From assembly GCA_965223345.1 (NCBI GenBank), contig CBDCWG010000012.1:1568001-1632000 (forward strand): 64,000 nucleotides of DNA, read 5' to 3'. The first letter of the stretch is position 1. Every line of letters begins with the position of its first letter. The position numbers and the translations under genes were made by a program. Positions 9,072-17,855 of the stretch are shown in pieces. This DNA is from Nitrospinales bacterium. Its GTDB lineage: Bacteria; Nitrospinota; Nitrospinia; Nitrospinales; VA-1. The notes under the pieces were generated by a model. The model made no database searches. It was given only the letters and a program-made list of their open reading frames with translations, and was not told the origin of the DNA.

Positions 9072-11123
9072 ATGCGACCCATCCATCAGCGACATCTTTT
9101 GGTATTTCTACTTGTCCCGTTCTTTTGGGGCAGTTCTCCCCATCCCGGTTTTTCCGAACAACTAGAAACGGATACCATTTTTGAAATGGAAATCCACCAA
9201 CTGATGCAGGTGGACGTGGTGGTGACTTCTGTGAGCAAGCGGCCGCAAAAGCTTCACAAGACCGCTTCGGCGGTTTACGTGGTCACCCAGGAGGACATTC
9301 GTCGCACTGGTGCGGTCAATATCATGGAAGCCTTGCGCATTGTACCGGGTGTTCTGGTCTCGAAAATCAACCAAAATCGATATGTGGTTTCCATCAGGGG
9401 TTTTAACTTGCGATTTGGCTCGGACAAACTCCTGGTATTGATCGACGGACGATCAATCTACAGCCAATCTGAAGCGGGAACTTTCTGGAGAGCGCACGAC
9501 ACAGTATTGGAGGATATAGATCGGATCGAGGTGATCCGCGGACCTGGTGCGGCGCTTTGGGGTTCCAACGCCGTGGCGGGTGTCATCAATATCATCACCA
9601 AAAACGCTGCTCAAACACAGGGCGTATTGGCGTCTGCTGGAGGTGGAACAGAAGAGACGGCTTTTGGCACACTCAGGTATGGGGGAAAGATCGGAAAAAA
9701 ATTCTTTTACCGCGTCTATGGAAAATACCGCGACCGCGATGGCGGTAAAAATGTGGACGGTTCCGATGCATTCGACAACAAGCAGATGGGCCAGGGAGGA
9801 TTCCGAAGCGATTGGCAGGTGACGGCCCAAGACCACCTGACCACGCAGGGAGATTATTATAATTTAGACTCGCAATTCGATATTTTCCGGCTTGTATCCG
9901 TTGCTGCAGGAAACTCTAATTTCAGGGGCGGCTTGATCCATAAAGGAGGCAATTTCCTGACTCGCTGGACGCATACTTTTCAAGATGCCTCTACGTTTAA
10001 GTTTCAGTTTTATTACGATTACGTACAAAGACAATCCACTTTCCCTTTCAATCAGAGAGCAGATACGTTCGATTTTGAGAGCCAGTATGATTTTTCTTTG
10101 GGGGAAAGGCAGAAAATTTCTTTAGGGGCGAACTACAGACATATTAAATTTGATTCTGAAGAAAGTAACCTCAATCGATTTGCGGACAGCACGACTAATA
10201 TATCCAGCGACCTGTTCGGTTTTTTTGTGCACGATGAAATCACAATCATCCCCGAGCGCTGGAATTTGATCTTAGGATCGAAGTTCGAACACAATATATT
10301 TTCCGGTTTTGAAATCCAACCTAATATTCGCACAGTATGGACCCCTCATCCGGACCATACGGTTTGGGGGGCCGTATCTCGTGCGGTGAGACTCCCCACT
10401 GTCAGAGAAGAACGCAGGTTTTCTGATGGGTTTGTCGCTACGGCGCCGGGTTTTCCAAACCCCTTTCTGATACGTCTGCAAGGCGATGGCAGGACGGAGG
10501 CAGAGGAATTATTGGCCTTTGAAATCGGTTACCGGCGCCAGTTTCCCGAAAGAAAACTCAGCTTCGATGTCACAGCATTTCTTTTCGAATACGATAATAT
10601 TATCGACGCCGTTTTTGAACCTCCTTTCTTTTTGGAGACGACCCCTCCGGGGCCTCCACGTCTGATTAATCTGCTTCGAAACGACAATGCGCTTAAGGGC
10701 GAAGCTTATGGTGCAGAATTGAGTGCAGAATGGCAAGCCACGAAAAGACTGCGCCTTTCCGGAAGTTACACGTTTAATAAAACGGATTTGCGGGAAAAGA
10801 TTCCAGAAGCCTTTATCGGGCAAGGAGACTTTGCCGCCGAGGAGGAGCCGGAGCACATCGTCACCGTTCGCTCTTATTTGACGTTGCCACATAACCTGGA
10901 ATTCGACACCATGTTGTATTATGTGGGAAAAAATGTGGCCCGCGATGTGCAAAACTATTTGCGTTTGGATTTGCGCCTGGGCTGGAGACCTGTCAAACAA
11001 GTGGAGATTTCTCTGGTGGGACAAAATCTCACTGACGATCAACATTCAGAACTCAATGAAACAGATGAAGCCAATTCTGAAACCGAGCGGAGTTTCTATG
11101 TGAAAGGAACGTTCCGGTTTTAA
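9072..11123 (+). CDS. TonB-dependent receptor (type often linked to YfiR/sensor operons)
   Basis: Signal peptide; plug motifs VVTSVSKR, LVLIDGR and IDRIEVIRGPGAALWGSNAVAGVINIITK; C-terminal Phe. Confidence 0.93.
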   Translation: MRPIHQRHLLVFLLVPFFWGSSPHPGFSEQLETDTIFEMEIHQLMQVDVVVTSVSKRPQKLHKTASAVYVVTQEDIRRTGAVNIMEALRIVPGVLVSKINQNRYVVSIRGFNLRFGSDKLLVLIDGRSIYSQSEAGTFWRAHDTVLEDIDRIEVIRGPGAALWGSNAVAGVINIITKNAAQTQGVLASAGGGTEETAFGTLRYGGKIGKKFFYRVYGKYRDRDGGKNVDGSDAFDNKQMGQGGFRSDWQVTAQDHLTTQGDYYNLDSQFDIFRLVSVAAGNSNFRGGLIHKGGNFLTRWTHTFQDASTFKFQFYYDYVQRQSTFPFNQRADTFDFESQYDFSLGERQKISLGANYRHIKFDSEESNLNRFADSTTNISSDLFGFFVHDEITIIPERWNLILGSKFEHNIFSGFEIQPNIRTVWTPHPDHTVWGAVSRAVRLPTVREERRFSDGFVATAPGFPNPFLIRLQGDGRTEAEELLAFEIGYRRQFPERKLSFDVTAFLFEYDNIIDAVFEPPFFLETTPPGPPRLINLLRNDNALKGEAYGAELSAEWQATKRLRLSGSYTFNKTDLREKIPEAFIGQGDFAAEEEPEHIVTVRSYLTLPHNLEFDTMLYYVGKNVARDVQNYLRLDLRLGWRPVKQVEISLVGQNLTDDQHSELNETDEANSETERSFYVKGTFRF

Positions 11124-11230
11124 AAATACAGAAACGCATTTCTTCCTCTACCCGTTCGATCTTTGCGAACTTGAATTGAGCTGCGGGTTCGGTTACCCTT
11201 GGGGCTTTTCTATCCGCATCGAGCCGACGC

Positions 11231-13084
11231 ATGGTATCTTCAGACCCTCCCGCCGCAAGCCCCCCCGGACAGAGTTTTTGGACCCGCTTTAAATATCATG
11301 ACGTCGTCTGGGTTTGCGTCTGGTCGCTGCTCTGCCTGTCCGCCTTTTCATACAAACTGTCTTCCGTTCCTCCCTATGACATCGACGAGTATTACTATGT
11401 CCGGTCCGTCAAGTTCATGGTGGAATCCGGCGATTACATCACGCCCCGTTTTCACGACATCGTGGCGTGGGAGGATTTGCGCACCAAGCGCTTCGAAAAG
11501 CCCATACTGAGCTACTGGGCGATCGCCCTGTCGTACAAACTGTTCGGTGTGGATTATGCTTCGGCCCGGCTGCCTTCCGCCCTGGCGGGGGCGTTGTGCA
11601 TCCCTTTCCTCTATTTGCTGGCGCGCCGCCTGTTCGGAAGAGGTCCGGCGTTTTTCAGCGCGCTGATCTTCCCGGGGCTGCTGCTGCACTTTGAAAAATC
11701 CCGGCTGGCCCGGCCGGATATGATCATGACGCTGCTGATCCTGGCGGCGCTGTATTTTTTTGTGCGCGGATTTCAGGAGCAAGAAAAGCGCAAGCAGAAC
11801 TTTTTGCTTTTCTACCTGTGCCTCGGCCTGGGGTTTCTCACCAAAGGACCGGTGGCGGTGCTGTTGCCCTTGCTGCCGATCGCCTTGTTTTTTGTCTTGC
11901 CCGGCAACCGTCTGCCGGTCCGGCAGCTGCACCTGGGCGCGGGTGCGCTGCTCTTTCTTGTCATCAATCTGCCCTGGTTTCTCGCCATGATCGTCATTCA
12001 CGGCCAGGAATACATCGACCACGTGTTTCAGGTGGAGATCAAAGGGCGGGTGCTGCATGCGGATGGCTACAAATGGTATTACCTCTACACGCCGCTGGCC
12101 ACTATGCTGCCCTGGTCGTTTTTCTTTCTGGCGGCGCTCGCTTCTTTTTGGAATGGCATACCCGTAAAAGCAGAGTCCGCTGGGGCAGGGCGGTCTTTTT
12201 TGCGGGAAAAATGGGCGCTTCTCCGCGGCAAATGCCGGGTGCTTTGTGAGCCGCAAAACCGCTGGATTGTGTTCTGCCTCATCTGGTTCTGTGCGCCGTT
12301 GATCTTTTTCACCGTGTTCCAGAATTACCGCGCGCGCTACGTTCTCACGGTGTGCGCTCCTCTGGCGCTGCTCACCGGGTATTTCCTGCACGGCATGGCG
12401 GCGCAGGCATCCGGCCTCAAATCCTGGCTGTTCAAGGGACCGCTGTATCTGTGCTTTGCCTATTACATCGGCCTGTCGGTCTATCTCGGTTTCATCTATC
12501 TCTTTTTCAGCCGGGTGCTCGAACCGACTTTGTGGGTGACGCTGTTTCCCGCCCTGCTGCTTGTGGGAGTGGGGCGGCTGGCCTGGCTGTATCGCAAAAG
12601 GCGCTGCGTTCCGCTGCTGGTGACTCTGGGCGTGTTTCACATTTTGATCCTGGCTTTGATCCATGGGGACATCCTTCCTTATTACAACAACTATCCACTG
12701 AAAAAAATGGCGCAGGCGATCCGTGCCGAAGGGACGGGAGGAGAAGAGGTCTACATCCTGAATCTGGGCAACGACGGACCCAAGCTCGGCGTGCAGACCC
12801 TGCATTGGGTGCGCGTGTTCGGCGATCCCAAAATCATCCAGCGGTTTGTGCCTGCGGATAAAAAGATTTTTGTGGTGCTCACCGAACGGGACTGGAAAAC
12901 GCATTTTGCCGATGCGCCGCTCATCGAGGTCGCGCGGGACCGGCGGTTGAAAAAGATCAAAGTGAATGCAAAACTGGTGCAAACCGTGCGTGAGAAAGGG
13001 CTCATCGAAACTTTCAAGGATTACCTGGAGGTGCGCATCCTGTTCACAAACAAGCCGGCAACCCAGACGCAGGATGCGCTTTAG
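11231..13084 (+). CDS. ArnT/GT39-family (GT-C) polytopic glycosyltransferase
   Basis: DEYYY, RFEKP.L.YW, ARLPSAL and LTKGP motifs; many TM helices. Confidence 0.88.
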   Translation: MVSSDPPAASPPGQSFWTRFKYHDVVWVCVWSLLCLSAFSYKLSSVPPYDIDEYYYVRSVKFMVESGDYITPRFHDIVAWEDLRTKRFEKPILSYWAIALSYKLFGVDYASARLPSALAGALCIPFLYLLARRLFGRGPAFFSALIFPGLLLHFEKSRLARPDMIMTLLILAALYFFVRGFQEQEKRKQNFLLFYLCLGLGFLTKGPVAVLLPLLPIALFFVLPGNRLPVRQLHLGAGALLFLVINLPWFLAMIVIHGQEYIDHVFQVEIKGRVLHADGYKWYYLYTPLATMLPWSFFFLAALASFWNGIPVKAESAGAGRSFLREKWALLRGKCRVLCEPQNRWIVFCLIWFCAPLIFFTVFQNYRARYVLTVCAPLALLTGYFLHGMAAQASGLKSWLFKGPLYLCFAYYIGLSVYLGFIYLFFSRVLEPTLWVTLFPALLLVGVGRLAWLYRKRRCVPLLVTLGVFHILILALIHGDILPYYNNYPLKKMAQAIRAEGTGGEEVYILNLGNDGPKLGVQTLHWVRVFGDPKIIQRFVPADKKIFVVLTERDWKTHFADAPLIEVARDRRLKKIKVNAKLVQTVREKGLIETFKDYLEVRILFTNKPATQTQDAL

Positions 13085-13139
13085 CCAAGAGGGCGGCGTT
13101 TTGCGTTAAAACCCCGATCGATGTTTTAAGAGACCGTGC

Positions 13140-13631
13140 ATGCAGGAATCAGCGGGAAAAAATATCATGATCGCCATTCCCAAAAGCCAGTTTGAGGAAG
13201 GGGAACTGTTGCCCCTGCGCGCGGCGCTGGAAAATGCGGGTGCGCGTGTGGTGGTGCTCTCGAAAAGCGGCCAGAAAGCGCGCGGCATGGAAAAAACCAC
13301 CTTCGAGCCCGACGGCACGATCGTCGATTGGAACAAGCAGCCGGGGGTCGCGGGAAAATACCACGCGGTGGTGGTGCTGGGCGGGCGGGGTGCGTCCAAA
13401 TCTCTGTGGGACGATCCCATTCTGCCGCAGATCCTGACCGACCATTTCCGCATGGACCGGCTCGTGGCTGCGGTGGGGGAGGGCCTGCCCGTGCTGGTGC
13501 GCGCGGGTCTGTGGGACGAAGACCACCGGCCCGATTCGCCGGTCACGGTGTCCGGCAATGTGGTGGTGGCTTCGGGGAAAGAAGCGGTGCAGGCCTTCGC
13601 CGCCAGCCTGATCCGTCTTTTGCAGTCCTAG
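13140..13631 (+). CDS. DJ-1/PfpI-family protein lacking the canonical Cys
   Basis: FEEGEL...LENAG and YHAVVVLGGRG; AAVGEG stands where AAICHG is expected. Confidence 0.8.
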   Translation: MQESAGKNIMIAIPKSQFEEGELLPLRAALENAGARVVVLSKSGQKARGMEKTTFEPDGTIVDWNKQPGVAGKYHAVVVLGGRGASKSLWDDPILPQILTDHFRMDRLVAAVGEGLPVLVRAGLWDEDHRPDSPVTVSGNVVVASGKEAVQAFAASLIRLLQS

Positions 13632-13640
13632 GGGATCGCC

Positions 13641-14894
13641 GTGAAGCGTTGGGTTTTGATTTTCATCCTCAGCGTCTCGGGCCTGCATTGCGTTTCTTCA
13701 CCGTCCAGAGTCGAAAACGCCGCCCGGCTGCCGCAGGTGATCTTCGTTCCCGGCTACTACGGCAGCACGCTGATCCGGGAAGCGGACGAAAAAACCATCT
13801 GGTTCACCGCCGGCCAGGCGCTGTGGGGAGATCAGACCCTGGCTCTGGATGTGGCGGGCCTCCGCATTCCCGGAGCCACTGCATTCCGGGTTGGCGAGGT
13901 GTTTCGATCGCTCAGTTTTCTCGGTTTTCCGAATGATGTGTACGGATCGGTCCTCGACGGTTTGCAGCGGGGGCTTGCCGGACGCGCCCGGGTGGTGGGT
14001 TTCGCCTACGACTGGCGGCAGGACATCGCGCAGTCCGCACGCCGGTTGGGTGCGCTGGTGGAGGATTTGTACGCGCAGGGAGCGCCCAGCGTGGCGGTGG
14101 TCGCGCACAGCATGGGCGGTCTGGTGACGGCGTATTATCTTTTGTACGGCGATCAGTCATTGGAAAACAGCCGCATGAATCTGGCCGGCGCACGCAGACT
14201 GCATGCGGTGGCGATGGCGGCGGCACCGTTTCAAGGCACGCTGGCGGTGTTTCGCAATATGCAGCACGGCATTGCGTTCGGGCTCAACGCCAAGGCCCTG
14301 GAAGGGCTCGCCGTGTCCTCGTTTCCGTCGAGCTATCAGATCCTGCCGCAGTACCCGCAGGCCTTGTTGTCTGAGGACGGCCGCGATCTGTCGGACTGGA
14401 TCCTGGACGGCGAGCGCTGGCGGGAATACGATTGGAGCCTGCTCAAGGACGCGCAACAGCTCGACGCCGCGACCCGAACAAACCGGGCCGAGTACACGCA
14501 CGCGATGCTCACCGCGGCGCGCAGGTTTTATGAAAAAATCCACGCGCCCGTAGGAGAATCGAAAAGTGGCCTGCCGTTTTTGTATTATTGGAGCGATGCC
14601 ATGCCGACCGACCACCGCGCCCTGTGGCATGCGACGAAACGCGAACTGCTGTTTGCGGGAAAAAACATTCCGGAGGAACGGCTCCGTCGGCCCAACGCAG
14701 CGCCCCTGCTGCTGCCGGGGGACGGCACGGTGACGGAAGTCTCGGCCATGCCTCCCGAAAATTTTGCGGCGATCTTTCCAGCGCTTCAGATGCGGAAACG
14801 GCCGCAGGAGCATTTGCAGTTGCTCAAAGATACGGAAAACAGCAACGCCATCCTGGAATTTCTGCAGGAGACGCTCGAGCTTCCCGATGCCTGA
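13641..14894 (+). CDS. LCAT/lipase-like alpha/beta hydrolase, probable lipoprotein
   Basis: IFVPGYYGS, FAYDWRQ, AHSMGG nucleophile elbow, GDGTV and a C-terminal His; signal peptide ending in Cys. Confidence 0.85.
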   Translation: MKRWVLIFILSVSGLHCVSSPSRVENAARLPQVIFVPGYYGSTLIREADEKTIWFTAGQALWGDQTLALDVAGLRIPGATAFRVGEVFRSLSFLGFPNDVYGSVLDGLQRGLAGRARVVGFAYDWRQDIAQSARRLGALVEDLYAQGAPSVAVVAHSMGGLVTAYYLLYGDQSLENSRMNLAGARRLHAVAMAAAPFQGTLAVFRNMQHGIAFGLNAKALEGLAVSSFPSSYQILPQYPQALLSEDGRDLSDWILDGERWREYDWSLLKDAQQLDAATRTNRAEYTHAMLTAARRFYEKIHAPVGESKSGLPFLYYWSDAMPTDHRALWHATKRELLFAGKNIPEERLRRPNAAPLLLPGDGTVTEVSAMPPENFAAIFPALQMRKRPQEHLQLLKDTENSNAILEFLQETLELPDA

Positions 14895-15858
14895 TTATCC
14901 GACCTTGAAAGAAATCGAGGCCGCACGCGAACGCCTGCGCCCGCATATTGTCGAGACGCCGACCCAGCCCTGGCCGGATTCGGCGTGGGCAAAGACGCAC
15001 GGCGCCGGGACGGAAGTGTACGTCAAGCTGGAACTGCTGCAGGTGACGGGAACCTTCAAGCCGCGCGGCGCGCTCAACAACATGCTGCATCTGACGCCGG
15101 ATGAACTCAAGCGCGGCGTCACCGCCGTCAGCGCCGGCAACCACGCCATCGCCACGGCGTATGCGGCGCAGGTGCTCGGCAGCACGGCCAAGGTGGTGAT
15201 GCCGAAAAACGCCAACCCGCTGCGCATGGCGCGGGCGCGCGAACTGGGCGCGGACATCGTCCTGGCGGACAATCCGCACGATGCGTTCGCCAAGGTGGAA
15301 GCGATCGAGCGTACGGAGGGCCGGCGCTTCATCCACCCGTTCGAAGGGCCGCGCACGCTCGCGGGCACCGCCACCGCCGGTCTTGAGATGACGCGGCAGG
15401 CGCCGCGGCTCGATTGCATGGTCCTTCCCATCGGCGGCGGCGGGTTGTGCGGCGGATTTTCATCCGCGCTCACACAGGTATGGCCCGGAATCAAAATCTA
15501 TGGGGTGGAGCCAGACGGCGCGGCCTGCATGTCCGAGAGCTTTCGAGCGGGCAAACCCGTCACGCTCTCCCGCATCGACACCATCGCCGACAGCCTCGCC
15601 CCGCCGCGGGCGGAACCCTACACCTATGCGGTGTGCCGCCGCTTCGTCGAGGACATCGTGCGCGTGAGCGATGCGGAACTGAAAGCGGCCATGCGCCACC
15701 TGTTCCACGGCATGAAGCTCGCTGTGGAGCCGGCGGGAGCCGCGGCGGCAGCCGGCCTGCTGGGTCCGCTGAAAGAAAGGGTGCGCGGCAAAAAAGTCGG
15801 CCTCATCGCCTGTGGCGCCAACATCGACATCGCGGATTTCTGCAAACTCGTTTCCTGA
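14887..15858 (+). CDS. PLP-dependent threonine/serine dehydratase (no regulatory domain)
   Basis: KLELLQVTGTFKPRG, SAGNH, PIGGGGL, VEPAGA and CGANID. Confidence 0.9.
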   Translation: MPDYPTLKEIEAARERLRPHIVETPTQPWPDSAWAKTHGAGTEVYVKLELLQVTGTFKPRGALNNMLHLTPDELKRGVTAVSAGNHAIATAYAAQVLGSTAKVVMPKNANPLRMARARELGADIVLADNPHDAFAKVEAIERTEGRRFIHPFEGPRTLAGTATAGLEMTRQAPRLDCMVLPIGGGGLCGGFSSALTQVWPGIKIYGVEPDGAACMSESFRAGKPVTLSRIDTIADSLAPPRAEPYTYAVCRRFVEDIVRVSDAELKAAMRHLFHGMKLAVEPAGAAAAAGLLGPLKERVRGKKVGLIACGANIDIADFCKLVS

Positions 15859-16093
15859 GTTCCCATAACGGAAGACGGTCCTCCTCCCCAACCGCCCCGC
15901 AAAACCGGTAAAAAACGCTTGCTGTTGCGTTTTCCGCCCCAATTGCCCGCTCCGGGGCGTAAAAATTAAAAAAAATTAATTTTTACAAGAGCTTGACACC
16001 CTTAGAGGGTGGTTTTATTTCACACCAAAGAGGCCGGGCCCCGCCAGGGCCCAGCGACGTCATCAAAATCATTTGAATGAAAGGAGGTCGTTT

Positions 16094-16603
16094 ATGAAAA
16101 CGACAAAAATGGCCCCCCGTCCTTTGAATGGCGCTGGTGAGGCCGTGAGCCCAGCATCCGAATCGGATTTCGCCTGGTTTTTGAGGGATTTCGATCGGAT
16201 TTTCAATATGTTTCCCCCCAGAATCGCGGATTTTTTCCATCCCCGCACCCTTTTGGATTCTCCGACCGTGCATCCGGCCATGGATGTGCGTGAAATGAAA
16301 GACCACTGGAGGATCGATGCGGAACTTCCCGGCGTGGACGAAAAAGACGTCGATGTGACCTTTTCCGGCCAGGGCTTGATCATCAAGGCTGAGAAACCGC
16401 CCAGGGTCGAGAACAAGGAAACCCTGCGTGCGATCCGCATGCAGAGGGTCTTCGGCTCCGTTCATGCGACGGTCCCGATGCCTAAGGAAGTCGATCCGGA
16501 CAAGGTCGAGGCCCGCATGCATCAGGGTGTGTTGACCGTCATCCTTCCCAAAACCAAAAAAGCAAAACAAGGCAGGAAAAAAATCGCCATCCATACGGGC
16601 TGA
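16094..16603 (+). CDS. Hsp20/alpha-crystallin small heat-shock protein
   Basis: PAMDVRE, AELPGV and A.MHQGVLTV.LPK; AGGAGG RBS. Confidence 0.9.
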   Translation: MKTTKMAPRPLNGAGEAVSPASESDFAWFLRDFDRIFNMFPPRIADFFHPRTLLDSPTVHPAMDVREMKDHWRIDAELPGVDEKDVDVTFSGQGLIIKAEKPPRVENKETLRAIRMQRVFGSVHATVPMPKEVDPDKVEARMHQGVLTVILPKTKKAKQGRKKIAIHTG

Positions 16604-16716
16604 TTTTTTTCTTTGGCCATTCATTTATTGGAAAAACCACAGCGCGCCCGTGTGTCATGCGGAGCGGGTGCGGTGGTTGAATCGATACAACCCGAGTTTT
16701 TGTATTGGAGGTGTGT

Positions 16717-16809
16717 ATGGAAACCGGTTCTTTGCTGATGGCGCTGATGGTCAGCCTTGCCGCCATCGGGTTTTTCAGTTATTTCAGCGCGGGACTTTTC
16801 AACGAATGA
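16717..16809 (+). CDS. Putative 30-aa single-TM small protein (METGSLLMALMVSLAAIGFFSYFSAGLFNE)
   Basis: GGAGG RBS at normal spacing; hydrophobic helix. Confidence 0.5.
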   Translation: METGSLLMALMVSLAAIGFFSYFSAGLFNE

Positions 16810-16904
16810 TCCGTGGGAGGGCGGCTTCCTGCGGGAAGCCGCCGCATCGACCCGTTTTCAGAACCCCATCTCAAATCACAGGAAACAAGGAAAGGAGCGA
16901 AACA

Positions 16905-17108
16905 ATGCGAGCGGCGACTGAAATCGAATTTCCAGCACAGCATCAATGTGAATCCGGTATCACTTCCATCCAGGCAGGACGGAATATCCTGAGAATCCGA
17001 CCACGCAGTCGCACCCCCTTGTGGTTGAAACGAATCCAGCGGCGCAACCCCTCGGGATATCGATCCTGGAGGGATTATGTCCGTCATCTGGGAACGGACT
17101 GTGCCTGA
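16905..17108 (+). CDS. Hypothetical basic 67-aa protein
   Basis: AAGGAG RBS before ATG 16905; lies between two Hsp20 genes. Confidence 0.4.
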   Translation: MRAATEIEFPAQHQCESGITSIQAGRNILRIRPRSRTPLWLKRIQRRNPSGYRSWRDYVRHLGTDCA

Positions 17109-17202
17109 ACTTCTCTTTCATCGCAAGGAATCCTGCCATCTCTCTATCTGTTGAATTCATGAGATGGCAGGATTCCCGTAAGCATCGATCAGGAGGAAAA
17201 CG

Positions 17203-17835
17203 ATGAAATCCTTGTGGAAACATACCAATAAATATCTGTTGGGACTGGTTGTAGTCCTGAGTCTGTTGGTGGGGTTTCAGGCGGCGCTGCTTTACAAGAA
17301 GCCGGAGCCCCTCGTTGAAGTGTCTTCCTCGACGGGCAAGCAGGATGAAACCGTAACTACAAAACACCCGGATGTGTGGGACCCGGACCGTCAGTTTGAA
17401 ACAATGCGGCAGAGGATGGACGCCATCCATGAAAATATGGAAAAAATGCTGGCGCGCCCGTTTTCCGGCTTTGGAAAAGGGTCTGCGAACTGGCAGACGT
17501 TCGCGTTTGAAAATCCTTTTGCCGAGAATCTGCATTTGAAAGACGAAGGAGACCGGTACCGGGCCACGCTGAATATGCCGGGTCTCGACGAGATGAGCGT
17601 GGATGTCAACGTCGAAGAGCAGACCCTGAAAATTTCCGGCACTCTGGATCACACGGAACAAAAAGACCAGAAAGGCGCGCACTTTCAAAGCCGCCATACG
17701 GGACGGTTTGAACGCTCGGTCTCTTTGGCGCAACCGGTGAAACCGGACACGTTGCAGGTTTCGCGTGAAGGAAAAGTCCTCACGATCGAGATCGAAAAGG
17801 AATCGGCTGCTGCTTCCCGGTTCCCCACCGGATGA
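17203..17835 (+). CDS. Hsp20-family protein with N-terminal membrane anchor or signal
   Basis: Hydrophobic YLLGLVVVLSLLVGFQAALLY, then alpha-crystallin motifs (MPGLD, GRFERSVSL, VLTIEIEK); AGGAGG RBS. Confidence 0.85.
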   Translation: MKSLWKHTNKYLLGLVVVLSLLVGFQAALLYKKPEPLVEVSSSTGKQDETVTTKHPDVWDPDRQFETMRQRMDAIHENMEKMLARPFSGFGKGSANWQTFAFENPFAENLHLKDEGDRYRATLNMPGLDEMSVDVNVEEQTLKISGTLDHTEQKDQKGAHFQSRHTGRFERSVSLAQPVKPDTLQVSREGKVLTIEIEKESAAASRFPTG

Positions 17836-17855
17836 GGTCTTGAACGTGAGTGGCG

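Noticed and set aside
15990..16090. CIRCE element upstream of Hsp20
   Set aside because: No TTAGCACTC-N9-GAGTGCTAA match.
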